From assembly GCF_964213995.1 (NCBI RefSeq), contig NC_135805.1:45198001-45262000 (forward strand): DNA of 64,000 bases. Reading direction: 5' to 3'. Positions 1-12,167 of this stretch are shown piece after piece (positions within the stretch are counted from its first letter, which is position 1; the number at the start of each line of letters is the position of its first letter). Under the pieces are notes generated by a model. The model worked only from the letters and a program-made list of their open reading frames with translations, searched no databases and was not told the DNA's origin. The position numbers were made by a program, and so were the translations under genes. Origin of the DNA: Mustelus asterias. Its lineage: Eukaryota.

Positions 1-446
1 GGGGGTGCTGATCGGGGGGGGGGGCAGATGGATCTCTGGTGGGGGGGGGAGAGGGGACAGGGGGGTCCGCTGCCACTCTACGGGCAATCAGTTGGGGGGG
101 GAAGGGGGCAGGGGGGTTACGGTAGCGGGGCGGTGGATAAGGGGGACAGTGATGTCTGTGGGGCCATCGCTATCGCTTTTTGCTCCCGAGCCACTTTCTC
201 CGCTTTCTGTGGCCCAGGAGCGATCTGACATGGGCGCACTTTTTCAAATTTATTTCTAACTGCGCATGCGCAGTTCAGAGCACCGATTGTTTTGGGTGCT
301 CTAAGCCCCGCCCACAGCGTGATTTGGACTCGCAATTTTTTTTCAGGCTGAGTGTGTATGGGGGCGCCTGAAAGCAGATTTCTAAGTCGGATCTGAATTA
401 CGCCCAGATTCAGCACTTAGGGCTTGATTTTACCATTTTCATTCTA
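1..446. mobile_element. Right part of a GC-rich non-autonomous DNA element (Harbinger-type MITE), cut by the window edge
   Basis: The G-run-rich interior resembles the MITE at 12913-13894. A GGGCTTGATTTTACC terminal-type motif lies at 420-434. The family call is inference. Confidence 0.45.
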
Positions 447-448
447 AG

Positions 449-2285
449 TTTTCACAGATATGTGAAGAGAAGGAGGTTGGTGGAAACAAATGTAGGTCCC
501 CTTCAGACAGAAACAGGGAAATGTATAATAGGGGACAAAGAAATGGCCGAGCAACTGAATACATACTTTGGTTCTGTCTTCACAGAAGAGGACACAAATC
601 AGATGCCAGAAACGTTGGAGAATGCAAGACTTAGTGAGAGGGAAGAACTGAGAGAGATCATTATTAGTTGAGAAATGATGCTGGGAAAATTGATGGGATT
701 GAAGGCGGATAAATCCCCAGGGCCTGATAATCTACATCCCAGAGTACTTAAGGAAGTGGCTCTAGTGGATGCATTGGTGGTCATCTTCCAGGATTCTATA
801 GACTCTGGACCAGTCCCTGCAGATTGGAGGGTAGCGAATGTCACTCCAATATTCAAAAAGGGAGGTAGAGAGAAAACAGGGAATTATAGACCAGTAAGCT
901 TAACATCAGCAATGGGGAAAATTCTCTAATCCATTATGAAGGACTTTATAGCAGAGCATTTAAAAAGCAGTGGCAGGATCAGATGGAGTCAACATGGATT
1001 TATGAAGGGGAAATCATGCTTGACAAATCTGTTGGAATTCTTTGAAGATGTAACTAGTAGAGTTGACACGGGGGAACCAGTGGATGTGGCACATTTGGAC
1101 TTTCAGAAAGCGTTTGACAAAATCCTGCATAAGAGATTATCGTGCAAGATTAAAGCGCATGGGATTGGGGGAAGCGTATTGAGATGGATAGAAAACTGGT
1201 TGGCAGAGAGGAAACAAAGAGTAGGAATTAATGGGTGCTTTTCAAATTGGCAGGCAGTAACTAGTGGGGTGCCACCGGTATCGGTGCTGGGACCCCAGCT
1301 ATTCACAATATATATTAATGATTTGGATGAGGGAACAGATTGTAACATCTCAAAGTTTGCAGATGATACTAACTTGGGTGGGAGGGTGAACTGTGAGGAG
1401 GATGCAGAGATCCTTCAGAATGATTTGGACAGGTTGGGTGGGTGGGCTAATCAATGGCAGATGCAGTATAATTTGGATAAGTGTGAGGTTATTCACTTTG
1501 GAAGCAAAAACAAGAAGGCAGATTACTACCTGAATGGCTGTAAATTGGGAGAGAGAAGTGTGCAGCGGGACCTGGGTGCCCTTGTGCACCAGTCACTGAA
1601 GGTAAGCATGCAGGTACAGCAGGCGGTAAAGAAGGCAAATGGCATGTTGGCCTTCATTGCAAGAGATTTCGAGTACAGGAGCAGGGATATGTTGTTGCAA
1701 TTATACAGGGCCTTGGGTGAAGCTATACCTAGAGTATTGTGTGCAGTTTTGGTCTTCTTTTCTGAGGAAGGATGTTCTTGCCCTCGAGGGAGTGCAGCGA
1801 AGGTTTACCAGGCTGATTCTGGGGATGGGGGACTGATGTATGAAGAGAGATTGACTAAGTGAGGATTGTTTTCGCTGGAGTTCAGATGAATGAGGGGGGA
1901 TCTCATAGAGACTTATAAAATTCCAACAGGACTAGACAGGGTAGTTGCAGTGAGGATGTCCCCGATGGTGGGGGAGTCCAGAACCAGGGATCACAGTCTG
2001 AGGATTCAGGGTAGACCATTTAGGACGGAGGTGAGGAGACATTTCTTCACCCAAAGAGTGGTGAGCCTGTGGAATTCATTACTACAGGAAGAGTTGATGC
2101 CAAAACATTGAATGTATTCAAGAGACGGCTGGATATAGCACTTGGGGTGAATGGGATCAAAGATTATGGGGAAAAAGTAGGATTAGGCTGTTGAGTTGGA
2201 TGATCAGCCATGATCGTAATGAATAGCGGAGCAGGCTTGAAGGGCCAAATGGCCTCCTCCTGCTCCTATCTTCTATGTTTCTATG
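449..2285 (+). mobile_element. CR1-clade LINE (HER1-like), 5'-truncated, ORF2 RT region with stops and frameshifts
   Basis: ORF pieces 462-671, 675-929, 936-1862 and 1890-2111 carry KSPGPD, NYRPVSLTS, QHGF, DFQKAFD, SVLGP, FADD and WNSL. The 3' end is TTCTATGTTTCTATG at 2271-2285. Confidence 0.95.
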
Positions 2286-2516
2286 AAGAGGATATAAAAA
2301 TTCTACAGACCGTTATCGGTAGGCTCGGAGAATGGGGCAAAATTTGACAGATGGAGTTTAATGTGGATAAGTGTGAGGTTATCCATTTTGGCAGAAAAAA
2401 AATAGAAAGGCTAATTATTACCTAAATGGAAAGCAGGTTCAAAATGCATCTGTGCAGAATTGCAGAAAGTCGATATGCAGATGCATAAAAAAGGCAAATG
2501 GGATGTTTGTGTTTGT

Positions 2517-2834
2517 TAGAATCGTAGAATAGAATCCTTGCAGAGTGCATAAGAAGGCCATTTGGCTCATCGAGTTTGCACCGACAACAGTCTCACCCAG
2601 GCCCTATCCCCGTAACCTTACCTTGCTAGTCTCCCTACACTAAGGAACAATTTATTCTGGCCAATCAACCTAACCCGCACATCTTTGGACTGTGGTAGGA
2701 AACTGGAGCACCTGGAGGAAACCCACGCAGACACGGGGAGAACATGCAAACTCCACACAGACAATGACCCGAGGCCGGAATTGAACCCGGGTCCCCAGTG
2801 CTGTGAGGCAGCAGTTCTAACCACTGTGCCACCC
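2517..2834 (-). mobile_element. HE1-like V-SINE with CR1-type tail (tail A)
   Basis: On the minus strand: tRNA-like head (GGTGGCACAGTGG, GGTTCAATTCC), V-domain core (GTTCTCCCCGTGTCTGCGTGGGTTTCCTCC) and a GATTCTA-type tail. Confidence 0.9.
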
Positions 2835-2835
2835 A

Positions 2836-3130
2836 TTATTTGTTCGTGTCATAAGTAGGCTTACATTAACACTGCAATGAAGTTACTGTGAAAATCCCCT
2901 TGTCGCCACATTCTGGCACCTGTTCGGGTACACTGAGGGAGAATTTTAGCATGGCCAATGTACCTACCCGGAACGTCTTTTTGGATGGTGGGAGGAAACT
3001 GGAGCATCAGGAGGAAACCCACACAGACACGGGAGAACGCACAGACTCCGCACAGACAGTGACCCAAGCTGGGGATCAAACCTGGGTTCCTGGCGTTCTG
3101 AGGCAGCAGTGCTAACCACTGTGCCACCCC
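2836..3130 (-). mobile_element. V-SINE with alternative tail (tail B)
   Basis: Same head and core as the HE1-like SINE, but the 3' end reads TTTTCACAGTAACTTCATTGCAGTGTTAATGTAAGCCTACTT. Confidence 0.9.
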
Positions 3131-4086
3131 AAAGGGATTTGGAAAGGGATTGGAGTTTAAGAGTAGAGAAGTGTTGTTGCAATTGTATAGGGTATTGATG
3201 AGGCCACATCTGGAGTGTCCAGTTTTGATCTCCTTATTTGAGGAAGAATATGATGGCATTGGAGGCAGTTCAGAGGAAGTTCACCAGATTGATTCTGGGA
3301 ATCAAAGGGTTGATCTATGAGGAGAGATTAAATAGTTTGGGCTTGTACTCACTGGAGTTTAGAGAGATAAGAGGGCATCTGATTGAGGTATATAAAATTT
3401 TAAAAGGGATTGATAAAGTAGACCAAATGTTTCCTCCTATAGGGCAATCTAGAACAAGAGAACACAGTTTTGGTTGTGAGGCGGTAGATTTAACACTGAG
3501 ATGAGGAAGAACTACTTCTCGCAGAGGGTGGTGAATTTGTGGAACTCGTTATCCCATAGCACGGTGGAGTCTGAATCATTAAATGGTTTCAAGAGGAGGT
3601 AGATATATTTCTAATAAAAACAAACAGGTTAAGGGGATATGGGGAACAGGTGGGGAGATGGATTTGAGACCAGGGAGAGATCAGCCATGATCTGATTGAA
3701 TGGCACAGCAGGCTTGAAGGGATGAATTTGCCTACTACTGTTCCTAATTCCTGTGTTCCTATGCATTGATTTCCCAGGAGATAGCTAGGACAGCTCCCTG
3801 TGCCATGATATGCATGAAGTTCTTCAATGATGATCATTGGCAAAATATCCAGGGGTGATAATTAAGAGAGTTTATTTCATGCATAAGGTTGTGATGATAG
3901 GGAACGTATCGCCTGAAAGAGTGGGAGAAGTAGATTCAACTGTAACTTTCAGATTTTAACAAATACCACCCCCACACATAATGGATAAAGTGGTGGCAGA
4001 TATCTTCAACCCTCGAGAGACACTGTTCTATGGATATTACAGACTCTTGTGCCAAATAAAGTGTAGAAATTATGGGGATCACAAAC

Positions 4087-4432
4087 TTGTGGTATTGTTC
4101 CTGGATTAGTAATTCAGAGACCAAGGGTGATGCTCTGGGGATCCAGGTTCAAATCCCACAATGGCAAATGGTCAAATGTGAATTCAATTTTTTAAAAGGC
4201 TAGAATTAAAAGTCTAACGGCAACCATGAAACCATTGACAATGGTCGTAAAATCCCATTTGATTCACTAGTGTTTTGTAGTGAAGGAAATTTGCCATCCT
4301 TTCCTGGTCTGGCCTACAGCAAGGTGGTTGACTCTTAAATGCCCCAGCAAGCTACTCAGTTCAAGGGCAATTGGGGGTGGACAATAAATGCTGAGCCAGC
4401 CTGCAACACCCACATCCCATGAACAAATTTAG
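4087..4432 (+). mobile_element. tRNA-derived SINE type C (tail shared with an L2-like LINE)
   Basis: B-box GGTTCAAATCC. The body matches 11299-11643, 50273-50617 and 57783-58143. The tail is GGGCAATT...AATAAATGCTG...CCCACATCCCATGAA. Confidence 0.8.
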
Positions 4433-5961
4433 AAAACATTTTTAATTTTTTTTTTGCAGAGCATTGAAGCAAATAAGTAAATCTTTGATTATTTTCATAT
4501 CAAGTAGTAAGTGTGGCAAGGATCATTCACCACAATCTTCATGAAAAAGCACTAGAAAAACAAATAGTATTTTATACTACAGAAATACACTACATATAAT
4601 CTTTGTCGTATACCTGCCATCTGTAAGCAAGTCTTTAAATATTATTAGTTTCACTGGGAGGATTAGAAAGTTCCCAATTGAATGCTTCTGAGATCTGATT
4701 TACAGCCTAGTACTTAGTGCATCTCACAGAGCTCTTGGTGGAGAAAGTGTCTCTTGAAAACAAGTGTCTCTTCTAAACATGAAGATATATGTTAAATGTT
4801 GAATAGTGGATGCCAGGCTTGCTTTCAACCCATCAAGCTGCTTCATCTTCATTAAAAATTCTTACATTTCAAACTGCTTAATTGAACTTAATGAGGAAAT
4901 AAGTGTAATTTTATAATGAGAAATATCATAGCCCAGAAGTTACCGTTGGGCACATTATTGTATCAAGCTTGCATAATGGCTTCCATCAAATTACTCTCGC
5001 CACTATTTTAACAAGGGTTTTATCCCATTTAAAATAAAATCAATGAGTTAGATGTCTCCGTTAAAGAGGTGCGGAGAAACTTGTTACGAGCATGTTAACC
5101 GTTTCCACAATACCATGGCTGACAGTAGTTCCTGGCCAACTATGGTTTATTAATGCCTGAATCATCAGAGGAGGGAAAATTAGGGGTGGGAAGGAAAAGA
5201 TTCCTGATCTGACAATGCAGTGGATGTCACGAACAAGTGGCAGCAAGCCACAAATTCCCAAAGACAATGGATCTTTAAAGAACAATCCAATTAATTTGCC
5301 ATTGCACATACCAGAGCCAAGAGTTCCTCACTATTCAGCTAAAAATATCAAAGTACTATGCTTATAATAGAATCCTAAAACAGCACAGAAATCAAATTTT
5401 TCAGAACAGAACAGTAGCTAATATATTCATAGCTAATTATTTCAACATCTCATACCATACAATGTTAATGGGAAATATCAAATGTTGGGTGAAATGACTT
5501 TTTTGTCTCCTCTCACATTTACCACTTCTGATAGTTCTTTATATAGAGCATTATTAATGTTCTGCTATAATGTGCCATATGTGCAGGAGAATGTATACTG
5601 GAGTATACTGGAGTTCACTGGGAATGAAGAATTCCACTGGTCATCTGCTTTCACTTCATCAGAAGGAAAAATGATCTAAATTCCATTTACATAGTTTTAC
5701 CAGTGTTTCCAAGGTTCCAAATAGACGGTGACTGGACATGAGAAGTTCCACAGAAACTGAACCCACTGAGAAGGTCTATTCCGGATGCTAAGGTGTAATT
5801 AAGAGTTAAAAGTGTGGGGCTGATAACATGGTCTCTGCCTAGTTCTATTGCAATCACTGAACCCCACAGTGTGCTAGTGGTGCTATAAAAACAGACAATT
5901 CCTCAGTCCAGATCATTTATCTATTTACACAATGCTCCCAGTGAGGTTACAAGGTGAGTAA

Positions 5962-7473
5962 TCAAAGAACAAAGAAAATTACAGAACAGGAACAGGCCCT
6001 TCAGCCCTCCAAGCCCGCACCGACCATGCTGCCCGACTTAACTAAAACCCCCTATCCTTCCGGGGACCATATTCCTCTATTCCCTCTATTCCCATCCTAT
6101 TCATGTATTTGTCAAGACGCCCCTTAAAAGTCACTACCTCCCCCGGCAACGAGTTCCAGGCACCCACTACTCTCTGTGTAAAAAATCTGCCTCGTACATC
6201 TCCTTTAAACCTTGCCCCTTGCACCTTAAACCCGTGCCCCCTAGTAATTGACTCTTCCACCCTGGGAAAAAGCTTCTGACTATCCACTCTGTCCATGCTT
6301 CTCATAATCTTGTAGACTTCTATCAGGTCGCCCCTCAACCTCCGTCGTTCCAGTGAGAACAAACCAAGTTTCTCCAACCTCTCCTCATAGCTAATGCCCT
6401 CCATACCAGGCAACATCCTGGTAAATCTTTTCTGTACCCTCTCCAAAGCCTCCACATCCTTTTGGTAGTGTGGCGACCAGAATTGAACACTATATTCTAA
6501 GTGCGGCCTAACTAAGTGATGCGCGATTAATTCACTCGGGAGGCTGGATCGTACCCGGGAAATAAAGGCTTTTATTAGCAACAAGAATAGAGCATACTGT
6601 TTAACAATACAATCCCAGACTAAAGGGTCACAAGGAAGTGCAGTGACCTTTATACTCCTATAGGAAGGCGGAGCCAACCGGAATCTACCACAGAACAATA
6701 CCAACAGGTGGAACACCCCAATCCTAATCCCAACAGTAACAAGAGTAACATATGTACAAGTACCCATAGTGATCACCATCTATGGTTCAGTACCCATAGT
6801 GGTAACCATCTATGGTTCACCACACTAAGGTTCTATAAAGCTGCAACATGACTTGCCAATTTTTAAACTTAATCCCCGGCCGATGAAGGCAAGCATGCCG
6901 TATGCCTTCTTGACTACCTTCTCCACCTGCATTGCCACTTTCAGTGACCTGTGTCACTCAGATCCCTTTGCCTATCAATACTCTGAAGGGTTCTGCCATT
7001 TACTGTATATTTCCTATCTGTATTAGACCATCCAAAATGCATTACCTCACATTTGTCCAGATTAAGTTCCATCTGCCATCTCTCCGCCCAAGTTTCCAAC
7101 TGATCTATATCCTACTGTATCCTCTGATGGTCCTCATCGCTATCTGCAAATCCACCAACCTTTGTGTCGTCCGCAAACTTACTAATCAAACCAGTTACAT
7201 TTCCCTCCAAATCATTTATATATATTACAAACAGCAAAGGTCCCAGCACTGATCCCTAAGGAATGCCACTTGTCACAGCCCTCCATTCAGAAACGCATCC
7301 TTCCACTGCTACCCTCTGTCTTCCTTGACCGAGCCAGTTTTGTATCCACCATGCCAGCTCACCTCTGTTCCCATGCGACTTCACCTTCTGCACCAGTCTG
7401 CCATGAGCGACCTTGTCAAAGGCCTTACTGAAGTCCATGTAGACAACATCCACTGCCCTACCCTCATCAATCA
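5962..7473 (-). mobile_element. CR1 LINE, 5'-truncated, interrupted by a solo LTR
   Basis: Minus-strand frames read DVVYMDFSKAFDKV and LVRPHLEYSVQFWSP...WNSLP. A TTCTTTG tail lies at about 5962-5975. Confidence 0.93.
6517..6824 (-). mobile_element. Solo LTR (308 bp) with 5-bp TSD CTAAG
   Basis: TG...CA ends. CTAAG lies at 6512-6516 and 6825-6829. TATAAA and AATAAA are on the minus strand. A homologous copy lies at 43259-43565. Confidence 0.9.
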
Positions 7474-7584
7474 GCTGTGAAAGAGCTGCAACTTCACCAG
7501 ATATGGTGCACAAATTCTCTAAAGGTGTTTCCACCACTCTTTGTGAAGGTATAGAGGTCGAAAGGGGGTGCAACACCAGCATTT

Positions 7585-7750
7585 TTTAAAAATTCATTGA
7601 TGGAACATGGGCGTCACTGGCTGGCCTGCATTTATTGCCCATCTCTAGTTGCACTTGGTGGGCAGTTGTGAGTCAACCACATTGCTGTGCTCCGGAGTCA
7701 CATGTAGGCCAGTCCAGGTAAGGACGACAGATTTCCTTCCCTAAAGGACA
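7585..7750 (-). mobile_element. SINE type C, 3' half
   Basis: Reverse complement matches the 3' half of 11299-11643. Confidence 0.75.
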
Positions 7751-8243
7751 AGCTCCGCCTTGGAGAGTTGCTTGAACTTGAAACTAAGTGCAGGGAGCTG
7801 CTGTGAAGGTCAGTGCCAGGGGTCCTGAGGAGGGGAAGGTCAGGGATGCCTGGAGGAATCGTCATGGAGGAGTTTGGGGTGGTGCTGGATGGGCGAGGGG
7901 AGGGAGGTTTGGACGTCTCTAGACTTGAGAGGAGGGAGCTCGCAGTCAGAAGAGTTTCTGGTGGATGTGCCCCCCTCTGCCCCTTCCCACCTGTCATGTA
8001 GGTTTAGTCATTTTTCTGTTTCACCCCCTGGTCTGTCATTTGGCCACCAGAATAAAAATTGAGTCTGGACAGGAAAAGGCCCTTAAGTGGTAACTTAAGG
8101 CCCTTAATTGGGATAAGGGCAGGTTCCAAACCCCCTCCCCCCCACGCCCCAACTTCAGGGAATCCAGTACATGCAGTTTCATGCTTCCCCCACCTCAAAA
8201 CCCACTGGCGATTGTGGAGAGGGGAGCATAACATTCAGGCTAA

Positions 8244-9812
8244 GAATCATAGAAAATTAACAGCACAGACAGATGCCACTTGGCCCACTGTCTCTCTGCT
8301 AGCTGAAAAATGAGCCACCCAACCTAGTCCTTCTTTCCTGCATTGGCTCCATTGGTCTGCAGGTTGCAGCATTTGAGGTGCATATCCAGATATCTTTTCA
8401 ATGAGTTGAGGGTTTCTGCCTCTACTACTTTTTCAGGCAGTGAGTTCCAGATCTCCACAAACCTCTGGGTGAAAACATTCTGCTAATCTCCTCTCCAATC
8501 CTTCTGTCAAACACTTTAAATCTATCTCCTCTCTGCTAAGGAAAATAAACCCTTCTTATCCACTCTATCCAGGTCCCTCACAATTTTGTACATCTCAATG
8601 AAATCTCTCCTCAGTCTCCTCTGTTCTAGGAGAACAACCCCAGCCAATCTATTCCCTCCTCATTGCTACAACTTTCCAGTCCTGGCAACATTCTCTTAAA
8701 TCTCCCCTGCACCTTTTCTAGTACAATTATAATCCTTTCTGTAATGAGGTGAGCAGAACTGCACACAGTACTCATGTTGTAGCCTAACTAATGTTCCACA
8801 TAGTTCCAGCATAACCTCCCTGCTCTTATATTCTATACCTCGGATAATAAAGTAAAGGACCCCATAAGTCCCTTAACCACCTTGTCAACCTGTCCTGCTA
8901 CTTCAGGGATCTGTTGACATCTCACTTCCTCTGCACCTCTCAGTATCCTCCCATTCATTGTGTATTCCCTTGCCTTGTTTGACCTCCCAAAATACATCAC
9001 CTCACACTTCTTTGGGTTGAATTCCATTTGCAACTTTTCTGCCATACCATTGATATCTTCTTGCAGGTTACAGCTATCCTCATTGCCATCAACCACCTGG
9101 CCAAGTTATGTGTCATCTGCAAATTTCTTGATCATTTCATCTCCATTTATGTGCAAATCATGAACATATACCACAAACAGCAGGAGACCCAATACTGAGC
9201 CCTGCGGAACCTCACTGGAAACAGCCTTCCAGTCGTAAAAACACCCGTCAACAAGGATCTTTAGTTTCCTATCACTGAGACAATTTTGTATCTAGTCGCC
9301 ACATTCCCCTAAATCTCATTGGCTTTTATTTTTTAACCAGTCTGCCATGTGGGACATTGTCACAAGCCTTGCTAAAATCAATGTAGACCACATCAACTAC
9401 ACTACCTTTATTAATCCTCTTTGTTACTTCCTCAAAAAATTAAATCAAATTAGTCAGACATGACCTTCCCTTAACAAATCCATGCTGACTTTCCTTGATT
9501 AATCCATGTCTTTCCAAGTGACAATTTATCCTGTCCCTCAGAATTCATTCCAATAACGTTCCCACTGCCAAGATCAAACTGGCTGGTCAGTACTTAAACG
9601 GTCTACCTCTTGCTCCCTTTTTAAACAAAGGCACAATGTTAGCAGTCCTGCAATCCTCTGGCACCCCACTCACCTGACAAAGGAGCAGCGCTCCGAAAGC
9701 TAGTGGCTTTTGCTACCAAATAAACCTGTTGGACTTTAACCTGGTGTTGTGAGACTTCTTACTGTGTTTACCCCACCTGTATCCAGCGAGGGTTCGAAAA
9801 TGATGGTCAGGG
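8244..9812 (-). mobile_element. Older CR1 LINE, RT region to 3' end
   Basis: Minus-strand remnants include QHGFVKGRSCLTNL and FNPKKCEVMYFG (ORF 8833-9096). A TTCTATGATTC tail lies near 8244. Confidence 0.85.
9670..9769 (+). mobile_element. Penelope-like element terminal fragment with hammerhead-like core
   Basis: CTGACAA-A-GGAGC-AGC-GCTCC-GAAA, then AATAAA. It is flanked by duplicated ACCCCAC (9663-9669 and 9770-9776) inside the CR1. Confidence 0.7.
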
Positions 9813-10047
9813 GAGGAGGAAAATCAAACTGAAAATATACAACAGGTACACCAGAAATGTGGTAATGATCTGGAATACTCCACCAGAAAGTGTGGTGGTG
9901 GAAGCAGATTCAATAGTAATTTGCAAAAGGATATTGGATATATACTTTTTTAAAAAAGGAAACATTGTCAAGAGGATGGAGAGCAGAGAACTGGGATTAA
10001 TTGGATAACTCTCAGCATGGGCTGCACGACTCTATGATTCTTTGACA

Positions 10048-10362
10048 CGGGCAGCACATTAGTTAGCATTGCTGCCTCACAGTACCAGGGACCTGGATTC
10101 GACTCCCAGCTTGGGTCACTGTCTGTGCGGAGTTTACACGTTCTCCCCGTGTCTGCATGGGTTTCCTCCGGGTGCTCCAGTTTCCTCCCACAGTCCAAAG
10201 GTGTGCACATGTGGATTGGCCATGCTAAATTATCCCTTAGTGTCAGGGGATTAGCGGGATAAATACATGGGTTATGGGGATAGGGCCTGTGTGGGATTGT
10301 TGTCGGTGCAGACTCAATGGGCTGAATGGCCTCCTTCTGCACTGTAGGGATTCTATGATTTT
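10048..10362 (+). mobile_element. HE1-like V-SINE, tail A
   Basis: Head, V core and the tail GGCCTCCTTCTGCACTGTAGGGATTCTATG are all present. Confidence 0.9.
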
Positions 10363-11298
10363 ATGACAGCGACAACTTGTGTGAAGATGCAGCAAAACTG
10401 CTTTCAACCTATTTTTACACACTTTTTTTGAGTATAACAAAGTGCAAGATTGGTCCCATGATATTTCAACTGGTAGGTACTAACATAATTACTTTAAATC
10501 CCAAACATGTTATCAGAAGCAAATCACAGACTAAGCGATTTGAAAAGAAAAGCTGCTTTTGGGGATGTTTTTCCAACTGGCTGATGAACACTTGAGTAAA
10601 ATGGCAAAATACTGGTGTGCCTTATCACTGCAAACAAACAGGGCTCCCTACAAAGGAAATCTCTTTCAAACAGTCAGCTTTCCACTTGTGTACAACTAAA
10701 TTGAACATCAGATAAGACAGGTCTCAGACCAGATACAACACTTACTGTGTGCCGTATCAAAGCACTCATGCAATGCGCTATTTACAATGAGGTGACACTT
10801 CAGTGACGGTTGTGGTATTTGCAAAGAGAATCAGTTGCTCTTTGAATCTTTAGTATCCGCAGAGACTCTGTATTCCTTCCTCACAGTTTAATGCTTAAAG
10901 ATCAAATGCTGGGTTAGGGCATTGAGGTTTGTTGCAAATAGATTACTGATCATATAAATATTCAGTTCAACACCTGACAATACTTTTTGAATAGTCATTG
11001 CAATGAAGAAACAGCTGTTTGCCCTCAAATTGAACAAGCTAATGTATCAGTTCTTAAATTGCTGCCCTTCCCCATTAAAGGGGGACGGCGCAGTGGTTAG
11101 CACTGCTGCTTCACAGCGCCTGGGACCCGGGTTCAATTCTGGCCTTGGTGACAGTCTGTGTGGAGTTTGCACATTCTTCCACTGTCAAGGACAGAGGCCA
11201 CACCATTGTCAACAGCTTCACCAGGAGCAGGAGCAACACCAGCAGCAGCAGGAGGGATATGTAGCTGATGGCGAGTGGAGTGCCTTCCAAGAAGGCAG

Positions 11299-11643
11299 GG
11301 GAGGCGATGGTCTAGTGGTATTATTGCCAGACTATTAATCCAGAAGCTCAGATAATGCTCTGGGGACCTGGGTTCGAATCCTGTCATGGCAGGCGGTGGA
11401 ATTTGAATTCAATAAAACATATCTGGAATTAAGAATCTACTGATGACCATGAAACCATTGTTGATCGTCAGAAAAACCCATCTGGTTCATTAATGTCCTT
11501 TGGGGAAGGAAATCTGCCAGCTTTGCCTGGTCTGGCCTACATGTGACTCCAGATCCACAGCAATGTGATTGACTCTCAACTGCCCTCGGGCAATTAGGGA
11601 TAGGCAATAAATGCTGACTGTGTCCCACGAATGAATAAAAAAA
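11299..11643 (+). mobile_element. SINE type C, full length
   Basis: A-box TGGTCTAGTGG and B-box GGTTCGAATCC. It ends in GAATGAATAAAAAAAA. Confidence 0.88.
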
Positions 11644-12167
11644 AGAAGATGGCAATCACCTATCAATCAGTGAAAGCATCCTCTGAGAGAAGACATGCTT
11701 TGAACAGCAGTTTCTCAATGGCCATGGCTGGAGCTCTTCAATGTAACTGATCAGATACTTCCCAGTTTGTCAGTTTCACTTCCTGCTGTGCACTTGCTTC
11801 AATGACCCTGATGGGTGGTAGCTGACAGGGAACAATGTCCCTGGCTATGAAATCTGGGATTCATGGATTAAGCAGCTCATAATTGACTTCATAACAACCT
11901 CAGCAATTTCCAATTACTTACAAACAGATCCGAAGGCTTTTCACACTTTCCTTCAATCCAAACCTGAGGAAAGCAGGCAGAGGATGGGATCACATCGATT
12001 TCTAGTTCCTTTCCACTTGTTCATTCCCGCCCCCCGAACCTGCCTTCAATGTGTTGGGAAAGCTCTGTCCTACTGATTTCAACAATTGGATAGTGTAACC
12101 AAGCAGATGATGTGAAAATTGCTTTGCCAGCCTGCACAGACAGACTAAGAGTTCAGCCCAGTGATCA

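Larger units (their letters stand above)
2286..3762 (+). mobile_element. CR1 LINE 3' portion interrupted by two SINEs
   Basis: Coding remnants read KCEVIHFG and KKANG before 2516 and resume with LLQLYRVLMRPHLE after 3130. ORF 3238-3504 belongs to it. The tail CCTGTGTTCCTATG is near 3750-3763. Confidence 0.85.

Noticed and set aside
6042-6779. 245-aa ORF with a hydrophobic N-terminus
   Set aside because: It is a chance read-through from the solo LTR into the CR1 ORF2 C-terminus, not a gene.
11200-11260. Poly-Q-like CAG stretch in ORF 11003-11338
   Set aside because: It is short and imperfect and lies between two SINEs that make up most of the ORF.
11299-11395. tRNA genes suggested by A- and B-boxes
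   Set aside because: Every such motif runs directly into a SINE body. None forms a standalone cloverleaf with a terminator.
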